A DNA stretch of 64,000 nucleotides. Source: a virus. A program made the translations under genes and the position numbers. Positions 29,426 to 40,105 of the stretch are shown here, piece after piece (the first letter of the stretch is position 1; every line of letters starts with the position of its first letter). The notes under the pieces are model-generated. The model was not told the origin of the DNA and did not search any database. It worked only from the letters and a program-made list of their open reading frames with translations. Where the stretch lies: positions 10,741 through 74,740 of the IMG/VR virus record IMGVR_UViG_3300021512_000004. One strand, given 5' to 3'.

Positions 29426-29652
29426 ATGAAGAATAAAATTTTATGGGAATGGAGGGCTTTTCTTTTTTGCCTAAGGTGGCGTGGCCACCTTAACATGCCA
29501 GATTCCTCCTGTCAATCGCAACAAAACCCTGGCAAACGTACTCACCTGCATAAATATGTTAATAACTTTGCCGATACAGGCATCATTAACCCTGAAAGAT
29601 CTCTATAAGGGAGAATAATGCCCGTATCTTTACGTTTAGGGGTAAATATACC

Positions 29653-29720
29653 TATTGTGTCTCTTATGTCTCTTGTGTGAATTCACACAAAGTCACACAA
29701 GAGACATAAGAGACACAATA
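29653..29720. repeat. 28-bp inverted repeat overlapping a palindrome copy
   Basis: TATTGTGTCTCTTATGTCTCTTGTGTGA ... TCACACAAGAGACATAAGAGACACAATA. Confidence 0.85.
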
Positions 29721-29743
29721 ATCTCAACTAAGGAGTACCAACA

Positions 29744-29980
29744 ATGTCTAACCACTTCAGATACGCAATGTTAACTTCAGACTCATGCGAGTTGTTTTCC
29801 AGCTCCAGGAGTGCTCTACACGCCAAACACGCCCTCTTGGAAGACTTACCCTTAGGGTGGGAGGGGGAAATACCCACCTCCCCCTCCCACCCTAAAAATC
29901 AGACTTTCGAGGTGCAGGTCTGGAGAATCACCCCTGCAAATGCCCACCATGAAATGATCAAAAAATACGAGGTACATTGA
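29744..29980 (+). CDS. Hypothetical early protein
   Basis: AAGGAG RBS. Confidence 0.6.
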   Translation: MSNHFRYAMLTSDSCELFSSSRSALHAKHALLEDLPLGWEGEIPTSPSHPKNQTFEVQVWRITPANAHHEMIKKYEVH

Positions 29981-29981
29981 A

Positions 29982-30260
29982 ATGGATATCAATATGAAAG
30001 TAAAACTCGACATCTGGGTAAGCTCAGACTCAGACCCAGACTCAGGCCACGTTCACTTTTTCACCTCTAAGCGAATGGATAAAGACACAGAAAACTGGTA
30101 CAGGGGTCGAGGCAATATGAAAGTTGGCGAGGCTGTGGTAGACCTGACCGACTACTACGCCACCTGCGCAGATTCGAAAGCTCAGACTCTTAAGGCGAGA
30201 GAGTCCGACCTGAGGAAATTGCTTGAGGATGTTCAACGGCAGATTAGTGAAGAAGCCTAA
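29982..30260 (+). CDS. Hypothetical early protein
   Basis: GAGG RBS; coupled. Confidence 0.6.
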   Translation: MDINMKVKLDIWVSSDSDPDSGHVHFFTSKRMDKDTENWYRGRGNMKVGEAVVDLTDYYATCADSKAQTLKARESDLRKLLEDVQRQISEEA

Positions 30261-30669
30261 ACTCTCAATCTCTGAGCTGAGTGGCAGTCGCAGGAACTGG
30301 CAATGCAACCTGTTAATAGGTAGAAAGCCTGTGGCCAAAGTATTTGGCCCCCCTCTGACCTATCGGCTCAAGTCCTATGCCACGCAGGAACTGGCGGAAT
30401 CTCTCGGCCCTATGTCTGAGGAGGAGTTTGAGGCGACGCTATCCCGCCTGGTAGAGACAGAGTTCTTATGGAAGAGGTTTCCCGGCTATCTAAACCGAAC
30501 AACGGTAGGCCGTCATGGTTTAGGCTATATGGAGTGGAAGCGTCCGAGAGATAAGTTACGCCAGATCCTCCAGCAAGCCACTCTGTCCAGGCAGTACCCG
30601 GGTATTATTTTTTTGAATAATATGCGAGTGGACGTCGCCTTCCAGCACTATCTACAACGGATGCTTTGA
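30223..30669 (+). CDS. Hypothetical early protein
   Basis: ORF in operon. Confidence 0.5.
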   Translation: MRMFNGRLVKKPKLSISELSGSRRNWQCNLLIGRKPVAKVFGPPLTYRLKSYATQELAESLGPMSEEEFEATLSRLVETEFLWKRFPGYLNRTTVGRHGLGYMEWKRPRDKLRQILQQATLSRQYPGIIFLNNMRVDVAFQHYLQRML

Positions 30670-30725
30670 CACGGCCTTTGTGTGAATTCACACAAAGTCA
30701 CACAAATCAAAAGAGGACTAAAACC

Positions 30726-31037
30726 ATGAGTGACTATCTGAAATACACATTGTTAAGTATTGACGCATGGCGCAGCGGACAAGGCGGATGGGATTGGAAC
30801 AATTGGCACAGGCTGGAGGAGGACATCTATATTGCTCCAGACCTGTCTAACCGAGCATTAATTAAATTTTTTAGGGATGATCTGAACCTGATCAATGATA
30901 AATCAAAGGGCAAAGTGTCCATTGAGGATGACGATTACAATATCATTCTGCAAATTAGGCAGACTGGCGAACCTATATACGCCCTCTGCTACGGGATGCA
31001 CGATAGAGAGGAATCAAAAAATGAAATTCATAATTGA
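30726..31037 (+). CDS. Hypothetical early protein (MSDYLKY...)
   Basis: GAGGA RBS after a palindrome copy. Confidence 0.6.
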   Translation: MSDYLKYTLLSIDAWRSGQGGWDWNNWHRLEEDIYIAPDLSNRALIKFFRDDLNLINDKSKGKVSIEDDDYNIILQIRQTGEPIYALCYGMHDREESKNEIHN

Positions 31038-31731
31038 ATTTAAAGACACCATCCCGTACATCTGTCCTGAGTTTTCTAGTGTTGTAGGCGAATCAATTTG
31101 GACGTACTTCTGCTTGAATGATTCTGGAGTAACTGCGTTGTATTATGCTGATGAACTAGAAAGCGCCTTGGACAAGGTTAAACGTAATAAAAATATCGAC
31201 TTGCGAAAAACGCTAGAAGATTCGGAGGAATACGATAAAAGCTGGATTCTAAACGCTGCGCACGAAGCGGCAGTGGAAAGCAATGTTTATGACTATATAA
31301 AAGCAGCATTCGAGGATATGCGATTTTTTAAGCATTTCGTAGATATAGATGGGAAAGATTGCGAATTTTACGAGTCAACTGGAGCGCGTTTTAACGTAAC
31401 AATAGTCAAATGCTTGAAATACAGTTTTGACAAAAATCCAGGCCGTGATGATTGGGAGCATCAAGGGCAAACTAAAGGCGAATACTGTTTAGATATGTAT
31501 CTTGAGGAAGAAGTGGATGAGTATAAAATTGACTCGGGCAATCTATTTAATAATTCGGAACCCTGCTACCGAAAGGTAGAGGAGAACATCCACACCTTGC
31601 TGATTGACTACACGCTGGGCGAATACACAAACAAGAAAACCAACTATTTCAATAAGTTGAAAGCATTGATCCGAGCGCACGTGCCGATCTCGTCCAGACC
31701 TGCAATTCTTAAAAACATTGTCTACATTTAG
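31021..31731 (+). CDS. Hypothetical acidic protein (MKFIIEF...)
   Basis: GAGGA RBS before the ATG at 31021. Confidence 0.6.
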   Translation: MKFIIEFKDTIPYICPEFSSVVGESIWTYFCLNDSGVTALYYADELESALDKVKRNKNIDLRKTLEDSEEYDKSWILNAAHEAAVESNVYDYIKAAFEDMRFFKHFVDIDGKDCEFYESTGARFNVTIVKCLKYSFDKNPGRDDWEHQGQTKGEYCLDMYLEEEVDEYKIDSGNLFNNSEPCYRKVEENIHTLLIDYTLGEYTNKKTNYFNKLKALIRAHVPISSRPAILKNIVYI

Positions 31732-31791
31732 GCTAACCTTTGTGTGAATTCACACAAAGTAGATAACTAATTAATCAAAGGAACTAACAGG

Positions 31792-31968
31792 ATGAATAAT
31801 TTACTGACACTGTTGGCTAGTGTCTGGAATGCAGATAATCTGCCAAAAGGAAGGGCCAAGAAGGATGGTAAGTGCTTGTATTGTGGCAAGCCTCATAATC
31901 ACAACAATAGTTTTTGCTCGGCCAGTTGCTGCAAAGCATTCAAGACCAATAAAAGGACTAAATCATGA
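31792..31968 (+). CDS. 58-aa zinc-ribbon protein (CLYCGKP...FCSASC)
   Basis: Manual translation; AAGGA RBS; ATGA overlap with the next gene. Confidence 0.55.
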   Translation: MNNLLTLLASVWNADNLPKGRAKKDGKCLYCGKPHNHNNSFCSASCCKAFKTNKRTKS

Positions 31969-32354
31969 ACAACTACAGCGTAACCTCAGCTCAAACCGCT
32001 ATCTTTGACAAGTACGGCACGTTCTTCGCCTTCTCTGCGGGGCAGCTGAATAAAGGAAAAAAGGAGGGAGTGAAGTACGAGAGCGGCCCTGGAGGGATGG
32101 TTTCCCCTGTCGGAACAGTTCGAAAAGTTTATCAAGAGTTGGGAGAACTCAATGATAAAAAGGTGAAGTACGAGTTGGAAAACAACTCAATCAAAGATCT
32201 GATATGGGACTCGCTCGCTAACTACGAATGTCAGATAACTGGGGATTGGGACGATGCCGTGGAAGCTTTGGAGGAGTATGGCATAACGGCTGATCAGGTA
32301 AAGGCGGAGTACCCTGCCTATTTCCAGCATTGCTGCGACAACGATTATTTCTAA
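31965..32354 (+). CDS. Conserved hypothetical phage protein (FFAFS..Q; LANYEC..TG)
   Basis: ORF with RBS. Confidence 0.65.
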   Translation: MNNYSVTSAQTAIFDKYGTFFAFSAGQLNKGKKEGVKYESGPGGMVSPVGTVRKVYQELGELNDKKVKYELENNSIKDLIWDSLANYECQITGDWDDAVEALEEYGITADQVKAEYPAYFQHCCDNDYF

Positions 32355-32372
32355 GAGAATCAAGGAGTTAGG

Positions 32373-33086
32373 ATGATGAACATAGGTGAATACAAGATAT
32401 CAGTAATGGCAGACCCTGATCCGGTCGATCCTAGGGCGAAGACCCAAATGATCAGCGTTCATTTGGCAGACACCCCTCAGGCTAAGTGGGGCTTTCCAAT
32501 AACTGTGGAAGAGTACCTGTCAGAAGGGAAGGCGTACCAAGAGTTTGACGCAAATTACTATCACCTGAAGGTTTATCAGTACCCAGAAGGTTACAGTAAG
32601 GCTATCAGTATTGTGTTCCTTCCATTCGCGTCCTCGTTGACAGGGGTCGCCTTCTCCCGCAAAAAGTACTGGCGGGGCGATTCTGCCTCCAGACTAGCCT
32701 ATGTCAACATGAAGGAACTTGTAAAACAACTATCCTGCTACATCAAAAAGGAGGTTTATGGGTATACCGTTTCTCGCCAGGACGCTGACCAATCAAGCCC
32801 CCCACTTGCCTCTGAATGGGGTTTTTACGACGAGGATGAGGCAAGACAAGATGCACTGAATTTCGGACTGGAGCAGGCGAAATCTAAACATAAAGAGACC
32901 AACCCGGAAGGGTGGAACACCTCTACCCTTCCAAAAGATACTACCCAGCTCTACCTGCTCTCCATAAATGGAGGGTATGAATTAGCATACTGGAACGACG
33001 CTGGACAATATTGGGACAGTCCCTACGGCTCAGCCATGCTAAATAGTGAAATTGACGGGTGGCGCACCCTTCCTGACCATCCGTAA
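32373..33086 (+). CDS. Hypothetical protein
   Basis: AAGGAG RBS. Confidence 0.6.
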   Translation: MMNIGEYKISVMADPDPVDPRAKTQMISVHLADTPQAKWGFPITVEEYLSEGKAYQEFDANYYHLKVYQYPEGYSKAISIVFLPFASSLTGVAFSRKKYWRGDSASRLAYVNMKELVKQLSCYIKKEVYGYTVSRQDADQSSPPLASEWGFYDEDEARQDALNFGLEQAKSKHKETNPEGWNTSTLPKDTTQLYLLSINGGYELAYWNDAGQYWDSPYGSAMLNSEIDGWRTLPDHP

Positions 33087-33197
33087 TCTTTGTTTGACTT
33101 TGTGTGAATTCACACAAGTAAAGAAGTAACTTTTGATTTGCCTTCCGAAAACAGACTCGGAAGGCAAATCCCAACAAAATCAAGAGGTTAAAACGAA

Positions 33198-33779
33198 ATG
33201 CAAATACATGTTAATGACTTAAAAGCAGCTCTACACACTTGCGCGAAAAATGACGTTCGTTATTACTTAAATGGCGTTCTAATAAAGGCGGAAAACGGCA
33301 AGTTGGCTATCGTGTCAACGGATGGAAGCATTCTTTACTACTCCTGTAATCCGGTAGGGGATTGTGAAGACTGTGAAATTATCATCCCAAGTGACGCAGT
33401 GAAGATGGCCACAACGAGCCTTCTTAAACACCAGGAGTATGTCGAATTCAGCCCTACAGCCAACACTTTAGGCCAGGTCACATTCAGCCCTGTAGCGGGG
33501 GAATATCCATATTACAAGAGTGTAATTCCGAAGCCATATGACATCTCTGAAGACAACAAATCAGCAGATAGGTTTGACCCTCGTCTGCTGATGAGGGCGC
33601 ATAAAGCTCTGGCTGCAAGTAACGGAGCTTCAGCCAACAAATGTCTTCCCTACCCTCTGCGTCACAACAAATTAAGCCATGGGGCGGCAATTATGCAGGG
33701 GAAAGATACCTCAAGATTCGTAATCGTCATGCCATATAAGGCAAAAGACATTAAGCCGTTTTTAGGTGTGGAGGTTTAG
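33198..33779 (+). CDS. DNA polymerase III beta-clamp-like protein
   Basis: DVRYYLNGVLI...IVSTDG..L, GEYPYY..VIP and C-terminal VIVMP, typical of truncated phage DnaN homologues. Confidence 0.8.
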   Translation: MQIHVNDLKAALHTCAKNDVRYYLNGVLIKAENGKLAIVSTDGSILYYSCNPVGDCEDCEIIIPSDAVKMATTSLLKHQEYVEFSPTANTLGQVTFSPVAGEYPYYKSVIPKPYDISEDNKSADRFDPRLLMRAHKALAASNGASANKCLPYPLRHNKLSHGAAIMQGKDTSRFVIVMPYKAKDIKPFLGVEV

Positions 33780-33781
33780 AT

Positions 33782-34045
33782 ATGAATTTTGCTAAAGAGA
33801 TAATCAGAAGGGCGTTTTTAGAAGGGTATGAGTGCCGAGTTGATGACGGGGATGGGGTGCCTAGAAGGTACGAAGACTTTCTCCAAACCTGGGAAGCAGT
33901 GACATCAGTGTGCGAAGCTCAGGTGTACATAAACACAGAACGTCGGACTGAAAGAATGTATGTAGTTAACAGCGTAAAGCCAGAGGAAACCGCAGCTGAC
34001 TTCTCCGGTGATGGTTTTATTGAAGCGGTCTGGGATGAACTCTAG
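33782..34045 (+). CDS. Hypothetical protein
   Basis: GGAGG RBS. Confidence 0.6.
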   Translation: MNFAKEIIRRAFLEGYECRVDDGDGVPRRYEDFLQTWEAVTSVCEAQVYINTERRTERMYVVNSVKPEETAADFSGDGFIEAVWDEL

Positions 34046-34059
34046 GAGGGGAAACTACC

Positions 34060-34512
34060 ATGTGTGAATTCACACAAACAGAGAAAGAAGTAATAAAGCA
34101 AGCCATGTCCATTATGGAAAAGGCTCTGAAGACCCACGAATTCCAAGCATCTGACATAGGGACAGTCAAACAGTTCTGCCAAGCAAAGTTAGTAGACGCT
34201 TTGGATGAGCAGTTCTGCTGTCTGTTTCTTAACTCTAAATACGAACTGATGAAATTCGAAGTTCTATTTAAGGGGACAATTGACTCCTCATCAGTCCACC
34301 CAAGGGTAGTAGTACGAAAGGCGCTAGAGTTGAACGCAGCTGCGATAATCTTCTGCCACAATCACCCCTCTGGGAACTCAGAGCCAAGTCCAGCAGACCA
34401 GGAGATAACTAAGAGGCTGAAGGACATCTTGAAGGTAGTAGATGTTCGATTTCTAGACCACATAATAGTGGGAAGCGTGGCTGTATCTATGGCAGAGCTT
34501 GGCTTAATTTAA
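34060..34512 (+). CDS. radC: RadC-like JAB-domain protein
   Basis: E.F..LFLN, GTID...VHPR.V, HNHPSG...PS.AD and LDHIIVG. Confidence 0.92.
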   Translation: MCEFTQTEKEVIKQAMSIMEKALKTHEFQASDIGTVKQFCQAKLVDALDEQFCCLFLNSKYELMKFEVLFKGTIDSSSVHPRVVVRKALELNAAAIIFCHNHPSGNSEPSPADQEITKRLKDILKVVDVRFLDHIIVGSVAVSMAELGLI

Positions 34513-34532
34513 TTTAATGTGAGGGGTTAAGC

Positions 34533-35261
34533 ATGAAAAAATCAGTATTAGCAAGAGAACAAAAGAAAGAGTTTAGATTCACCAGGCAAACCAAAGAATA
34601 TGGATTGGTTGATATTATTCTGAACTTAAGATACGACGATGAGGGTGGGAACAGTCACAACTCCTTTTCGATAACTGCAGCAGTCCATAAGGGAGGTAAA
34701 AATTATTCTGGGCATTCCTTAATTGCCTGTGGAGTTTTTACGAAATTTATCAAACACAATCTACCAGACTTCGCCTATCTTTCAAAGTGGCACTGGATGA
34801 CGAGTGAGGGGCCGCTTCACTACATTGCTAACACGCAGTATCACGCTTCTGACAAGGACTGCCACGGCTTAAGGAAGGGAGAATATTCTGCTTACGTCAT
34901 TAAAGTAATGTGCAATATAGGCAAAGAAGAAGAGGAGGTGCAGGTTTATGAGAGTGGGACAATGTACACAAACCCGCAGGGAAATGAAAATCTGGAAAGT
35001 AGCAACGCTAAGGAACAGTTGAAAGTAGAGGAAATGGTTCAGAGGATAAAGCCAGAACTAAATCCAAGATTGGTTAAAGTGCCCTTAGAAGGGTCTATTA
35101 GCGACGGGAAAGAGGTTGATGTTGAGGCTGCGAGAGACTCCGCTATCTGGCCAGAAGCCTCCCTGGATCAGTTAAGGGATGAAGGGGCATTGAAAAGGAG
35201 ACTGCCGCAGCTAATTTCAGACTTTGCCGCAGATATGGGGAAGTTGGGCTTCACTTTCTGA
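34533..35261 (+). CDS. Conserved hypothetical phage protein
   Basis: ORF with RBS. Confidence 0.6.
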   Translation: MKKSVLAREQKKEFRFTRQTKEYGLVDIILNLRYDDEGGNSHNSFSITAAVHKGGKNYSGHSLIACGVFTKFIKHNLPDFAYLSKWHWMTSEGPLHYIANTQYHASDKDCHGLRKGEYSAYVIKVMCNIGKEEEEVQVYESGTMYTNPQGNENLESSNAKEQLKVEEMVQRIKPELNPRLVKVPLEGSISDGKEVDVEAARDSAIWPEASLDQLRDEGALKRRLPQLISDFAADMGKLGFTF

Positions 35262-35274
35262 AGGAGAAACAAAG

Positions 35275-35571
35275 ATGAAAAACGAACCAGGTCTAGTATG
35301 CAAAGAAGACAAATTCTCAGATTTTATATCATTCCTCCTGGCCAAGGATAAGGTCGTAAAGTCCTTGGTGGAAAGCGGGAATCACGAGGCTGCAGAGAGG
35401 GTTCGCAGCAGCTCTGTGTATATTGAGATTGATGGAACTCCCACCAGGATTGGAACTGTTAGAGGGCTGATGAGCCGAAGCATCAGATCGCTGGAACTAC
35501 TGCACAACGCCGTTACAGACAGGAGGATTAACCCGGAAAATGGGGCGGTGCTACGCCCAGTAGAGGACTAA
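35275..35571 (+). CDS. Hypothetical protein
   Basis: AAGGAG RBS before MKNEPG. Confidence 0.55.
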   Translation: MKNEPGLVCKEDKFSDFISFLLAKDKVVKSLVESGNHEAAERVRSSSVYIEIDGTPTRIGTVRGLMSRSIRSLELLHNAVTDRRINPENGAVLRPVED

Positions 35572-35572
35572 C

Positions 35573-35806
35573 TTGAGTCAATCAAAGATCCAATCCTTAG
35601 TAGAATCGACAGTAAACGTGTTAGTAGGTTTCTGGGTGGCTGTAGCTTCGCAGGTAGTCATATTTCCTTACTTTGGGATACAGACAAGCCTGACCTCAAA
35701 CTTAGGCATAGCTGCCTGGTTTACTCTAATCAGCATACTGCGAAGCTACCTCCTGAGAAGGTTTTTTAACGCAAGATTAAAGAGAAAGTACAATGAAACC
35801 ATTTAA
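35573..35806 (+). CDS. Small two-TM membrane protein (Q....SL.ES..NV..G...R.Y..RR.FN family)
   Basis: Hydropathy and a common phage motif. Confidence 0.7.
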   Translation: MSQSKIQSLVESTVNVLVGFWVAVASQVVIFPYFGIQTSLTSNLGIAAWFTLISILRSYLLRRFFNARLKRKYNETI

Positions 35807-36008
35807 ATACAACATAGGTGAAAAGCTCTACATCGGAGGTCTCAGTAAGAAGTATAAATTGGCAAACCCATTTATTGTTGGTAAGCGCAAAAGGGAGATC
35901 ATAAAACTCCTGGTTGACGGTGAGATCGTAGAGTCTGAACACCTCCAATACTGCCCTGACCCGGATGAATTTGCTCAGGTTTGGTATGGTATGGCGAGGA
36001 AGCATTGA
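35793..36008 (+). CDS. Hypothetical protein
   Basis: Coupled ORF. Confidence 0.45.
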   Translation: MKPFKYNIGEKLYIGGLSKKYKLANPFIVGKRKREIIKLLVDGEIVESEHLQYCPDPDEFAQVWYGMARKH

Positions 36009-36038
36009 CAAAAAACGTGGAATCTGGAGCTTATTAAC

Positions 36039-37127
36039 ATGCAAATAAGACTGTTCAAAAATCATAACTCGACAATAGGGTACTGGGAGTGCTGGACAAC
36101 TTCAGAAGGGGTTGTGCATTCAAAATGGGCAACCTCCCTAACCGGGAAGCCCACCTGCTATCAATATAGGGCCGAACCTATGAACGTAGGGAAAGCCAAC
36201 GAAACAACTCCATTGGAGCAGGCCGAAAAAGAACTTTTAAGCGCCGTTAAGCGTAAAAAAGATAAAGGGTATGTGGATACTATGAAGGAAGCGGAACTGC
36301 CCTGTACAAACAGCCTTGGTCTATTGAAGCCTATGTTGGCCACTCCAATTAATAAAATCAAAGCGGAGAAAATAGATTGGAAAAACGCCTTTGTGCAGCC
36401 CAAACTGGACGGTCACAGGGCGCTGTACACAGACGGGATACTTTATAGCCGTACAGGTCAGGAGTTAAACCTACCCCATGTAGTAAAGGCCATTAAGGCC
36501 AGCGGCCTTGGCCACCTTCATTTGGACGGAGAGCTGTACATTCACGGGTACACCTTGCAAGAGCTAAGCTCCCTAATTAAAAAGCAACAGCATGGGACGC
36601 AGCATCTTGAGTATCATATTTACGATATAGTTAACGACAAACCGTTTGTAGACAGATATGCGGCCATAATATTGGCAGATACCTCCCACTCACACATTAA
36701 AGTAGTAGAGACTACAGTTATTACAGATAACTCCGGGTTAGTCACATTACATAAATCCCATCTGTCCAATCACTATGAAGGAAGCATCTTACGTATGGGA
36801 CGTAAAGGCTACCAGGACGGGAAACGCTCACGAAATTTATTAAAACTGAAAGAGTTTCAGGACGCCGAATTTGAAATCATTGGCGTAGAAAGCGGGAAGC
36901 CTCACATAGGAGCAGAGGGTACTTTCCAAGTTCCAATATGGAAATGCGCTGTAGGTAATGGAGAAACCTTTACGGTTACAGCGCAAGGTAAGAGACACGA
37001 AAAACATCAACTGCATGAAGAATCCGCACAGCATATTGGGAAAAAGCTGACCGTAAAGTACCACTATTTGAGCAAGTTGGGAGTACCTCAGCTGCCAGTA
37101 GCGTTACGCTTTTTTGAGGGGTTGTAA
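36039..37127 (+). CDS. lig: ATP-dependent DNA ligase
   Basis: KPMLA, QPKLDGHR (KxDG), LDGELY, YHIYD, YEG and LLKLK motifs. Confidence 0.93.
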   Translation: MQIRLFKNHNSTIGYWECWTTSEGVVHSKWATSLTGKPTCYQYRAEPMNVGKANETTPLEQAEKELLSAVKRKKDKGYVDTMKEAELPCTNSLGLLKPMLATPINKIKAEKIDWKNAFVQPKLDGHRALYTDGILYSRTGQELNLPHVVKAIKASGLGHLHLDGELYIHGYTLQELSSLIKKQQHGTQHLEYHIYDIVNDKPFVDRYAAIILADTSHSHIKVVETTVITDNSGLVTLHKSHLSNHYEGSILRMGRKGYQDGKRSRNLLKLKEFQDAEFEIIGVESGKPHIGAEGTFQVPIWKCAVGNGETFTVTAQGKRHEKHQLHEESAQHIGKKLTVKYHYLSKLGVPQLPVALRFFEGL

Positions 37128-37561
37128 TGGATAAATGGGACGAGCGTTTTTTAGATATGGCGGAGTTAGTCAGCACATGGTCGAAAGACCCTGCAGCGAA
37201 GGTAGGCGCAGTCATTGTAGACGCAAACCAGAGGATAATATCAACAGGCTTTAACGGACTTGCACGTAATGTTATAGATGCAGCCTCGCGCTATTCAGAT
37301 AAAGCAATCAAACATCAAATAATATTACATGCAGAAAGTAATGCAATATTATTTGCTCAACAATCTTTAGCAGGATGCACCATCTACACATCACCTCTGC
37401 CAACCTGCGCCCACTGCTCATCGCAAATCATACAAGTAGGTATCACCAGGGTAGTTTGCCGCCGATCAGATGTAAGTGATAAATGGGAATTGTCTGCTGA
37501 GCTGGCAAGAAATATGTACGAAGAAGCGGGAGTTATTTTCGATGACAACATATCGAGTTAG
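37127..37561 (+). CDS. dCMP deaminase
   Basis: SKDP..KVGAVIV, TGFNG, HAE.NA and PTCAHC zinc motifs. Confidence 0.92.
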   Translation: MDKWDERFLDMAELVSTWSKDPAAKVGAVIVDANQRIISTGFNGLARNVIDAASRYSDKAIKHQIILHAESNAILFAQQSLAGCTIYTSPLPTCAHCSSQIIQVGITRVVCRRSDVSDKWELSAELARNMYEEAGVIFDDNISS

Positions 37562-38878
37562 TTGGGAAATTGATGTAGAAGCGGATTCCGTAAGCGGAGC
37601 CGCATTACAAGCATGGGAAATTATGAAAGATAATTCAGAAGATAATGAGGCCACGATATTAGGTATTCGTAAACTGGGAGCTAAAGAGGAAACTCTAGTA
37701 GACGTTTTAGATCTGAATCTGAAGGAGGGGGAAAATGACTTATGAAGAAGAGATCTTCAAAGGTGTTCTAATGTTTCGCCATAACCGCCACTCTGCTTGG
37801 CAGCAATGCTCGATTGAGAAAATGAGTGAGAGAATAATTAATCTGGAACTTAGTATTAAGGAGGCCAAGGAAGCAGGGTACATGGAAGGGAAGCGTTACG
37901 TGCAAGGCAGGATGAGATGCCTCCTTGGATTAGAAGATTAATTAATGTGTGAATTCACACAAAATAAAAGGTGACAGATATGATTAATATTGTACCGGAC
38001 TCAAAAGACGATAGCTTCATAGAAGCTAAAAACGTAAACCCCAACAATCCCATATTCGCCATTAAAGGGGGAAAAGTTGCGGACATGTTGGTTGCAGAAA
38101 ACAAAGGCTGGATACTTAGAATCGGAGGGGTGAATGGCTCATCAGGATACTTCGAAGACATCTCTGATTGTATAGAAGCTGGGGAGGAGTGTGGGTACAC
38201 CTTCCACCAAGAGGTAGAAGTTAAATAGTGAGGGATTACGACCACGAGGCTGCCAGTGAATTTGCTATGTTTGGTGGCTATGGAGATTGGTATTTTCAAA
38301 CCCCAGAAGAACAAGAGCAAGCTTTGAAGGATCGACTTGCCTTACCCAGCAGCGGAGAAGAGGCGCAGGAGGCTAAAGCAAGAATACGGAAGAGAATAGC
38401 ACTGCGAAAATTACAGAATCGAAGGGGGAGGCTACATGAAACTTAGTGAACAATTAAAACAAGACCATGAAAGTGGAGATTGTGGGCGTTGGCTGGAGGG
38501 TTACGCGGAAAGGGCAAAACAGATGGAAGACATTATTAAAGAACTTTGTGACTGTTTAGAGGCAACCTACTCAGGCTCACCAGAGGGTAGAGCCTACCTA
38601 AGAAAGGTAAGAGACGCCCTATCTGGACAATGCGATTAAGAGGGCTAAGTATGAGAAAGAGTAAAAACTTTAGGCCTATAACCCTCCAATTTAAATTATG
38701 GAGGTTGCGGAAAAAAGCCAGAGGTCATCGTAAGGCTTATTTAAAACTCTCTAACAAGTATTCTTGCGGTATTTTGTTACTGAATGGGGTAACTGGAGGG
38801 CGGTCTTGTTATCACATAAGAGAGTTAGAGAGAATTGTAAAGCTAATAAAAACTCTTGAGGAGGTAAGTAATGATTAA
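37542..38878 (+). CDS. Run of six small hypothetical genes (37542-37745, 37735-37941, 37971-38228, 38228-38446, 38436-38639, 38630-38878)
   Basis: Tightly packed plus-strand ORFs, most with RBS-like sequences. Confidence 0.5.
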
Positions 38879-39470
38879 CTGCACAGAAGAAAGTTTTAAG
38901 AAATCAACCAAAGATCACAAGATGCACATCATTAGGGACGAAGGTGTTCACCGGCATATACGCTTTAAAAAGCCAAGAACAGTCTGCTACAGCTTTGACT
39001 TAATCACCTGGCCAGGACACCTCTGTATTACTGGCGACTGTGGCACCTACGTGTTTCAGAGAACCGAAGATATGTTCAGTTTCTTCAGGGGCAACCCCCG
39101 GCAGAAAGAGAGGCTATATATCAACCCAGGTTACTGGGGAGAGAAGCTGCTCAGTATTGGAACTAACGCCGGGTACAAAGAGTTTGATGAAGATGTGTTC
39201 AAGAAGCGGGTAGCGGATCATTTTGAACAGTGGAAAGAACATAAAGATTTAACATCCAGCCAATCAAGGAGTCTATGGGAGGCGCTGGAGAGTACAGTTC
39301 TGTCCTATATGATGGACGGGGAAGTTCAGGCGTATCAGTCCATCAGTGAATTTGAGTATGAGGGCTTTCAATTTGAAGATTTCTTTGATGCTGGAGGCAC
39401 TGAAACATACGCCTTTCATTACTTGTGGTGCCTGTATGCAATTGTATGGGGTATTCAGCAATATGATTAG
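38871..39470 (+). CDS. Conserved hypothetical phage protein (FDLITWPGHL..TGDCGTYVF)
   Basis: GGAGG RBS; motif common in phages and prophages. Confidence 0.7.
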   Translation: MINCTEESFKKSTKDHKMHIIRDEGVHRHIRFKKPRTVCYSFDLITWPGHLCITGDCGTYVFQRTEDMFSFFRGNPRQKERLYINPGYWGEKLLSIGTNAGYKEFDEDVFKKRVADHFEQWKEHKDLTSSQSRSLWEALESTVLSYMMDGEVQAYQSISEFEYEGFQFEDFFDAGGTETYAFHYLWCLYAIVWGIQQYD

Positions 39471-39789
39471 AGATTTGACAGACCCAGCCAACACAGTGAT
39501 CTCAATCAACCTTAAAGATGGGAGATACTTTGAAGAATGTGACCTTACAAGTGATCCGTTTGGGGTGCCAGGGTTCGTTGCCTTTTGGGTAGGAGAAACC
39601 ATACTGGTGATCCCACTGTCAACAGTGGTCAGTATGACAATGCAGGTCGGCGTGTAGCCGCTTGGATCGGAGGGTGGGGATGAAGAAACTAATTATAGGC
39701 AACTGTAATAACTGTCCTTTTATACGTGACGAAGAAACACGCTCAGAATTATTATTTGCTTACATAACAAAAGACCAGAGGGAGAATAA

Positions 39790-40104
39790 ATGAACCTGAT
39801 AACATATAAATTTGTGATACCGAAAAAAATAAGCGCGTGTCTACCTACAGATAGGAAGCTGTTAGTCGAGGCAGAAGCCCGAGGATTTTATAATGGAGAT
39901 ACCCCATATAATACCCTGTTTTCTAAACTATTCTTTTCTGGTGGGGAGTTAAACTTCAAGAGTAATATACCTCCTAAATTTGCAGAGGGGGCCGCCACGT
40001 ATCTAAAACTATTCATGGGTAGCTTTGAACCAAAACACGAGGAGAAAGAGGCTATCTGCGCGATGATACTCAGTGAGCTGGTTGACTTACCGACAAAGGA
40101 TTGA
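39790..40104 (+). CDS. Conserved hypothetical protein (SFEPKHEEKEA.CA)
   Basis: GAGGGAG RBS. Confidence 0.6.
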   Translation: MNLITYKFVIPKKISACLPTDRKLLVEAEARGFYNGDTPYNTLFSKLFFSGGELNFKSNIPPKFAEGAATYLKLFMGSFEPKHEEKEAICAMILSELVDLPTKD

Positions 40105-40105
40105 G

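Larger units (their letters stand above)
28814..29743. other. Long non-coding region with AT-rich core (candidate origin or genome-end/packaging region)
   Basis: No credible ORF; TA/TAA-rich run at about 28955-28995, an IHF-consensus site and a 28-bp inverted repeat. Confidence 0.45.
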
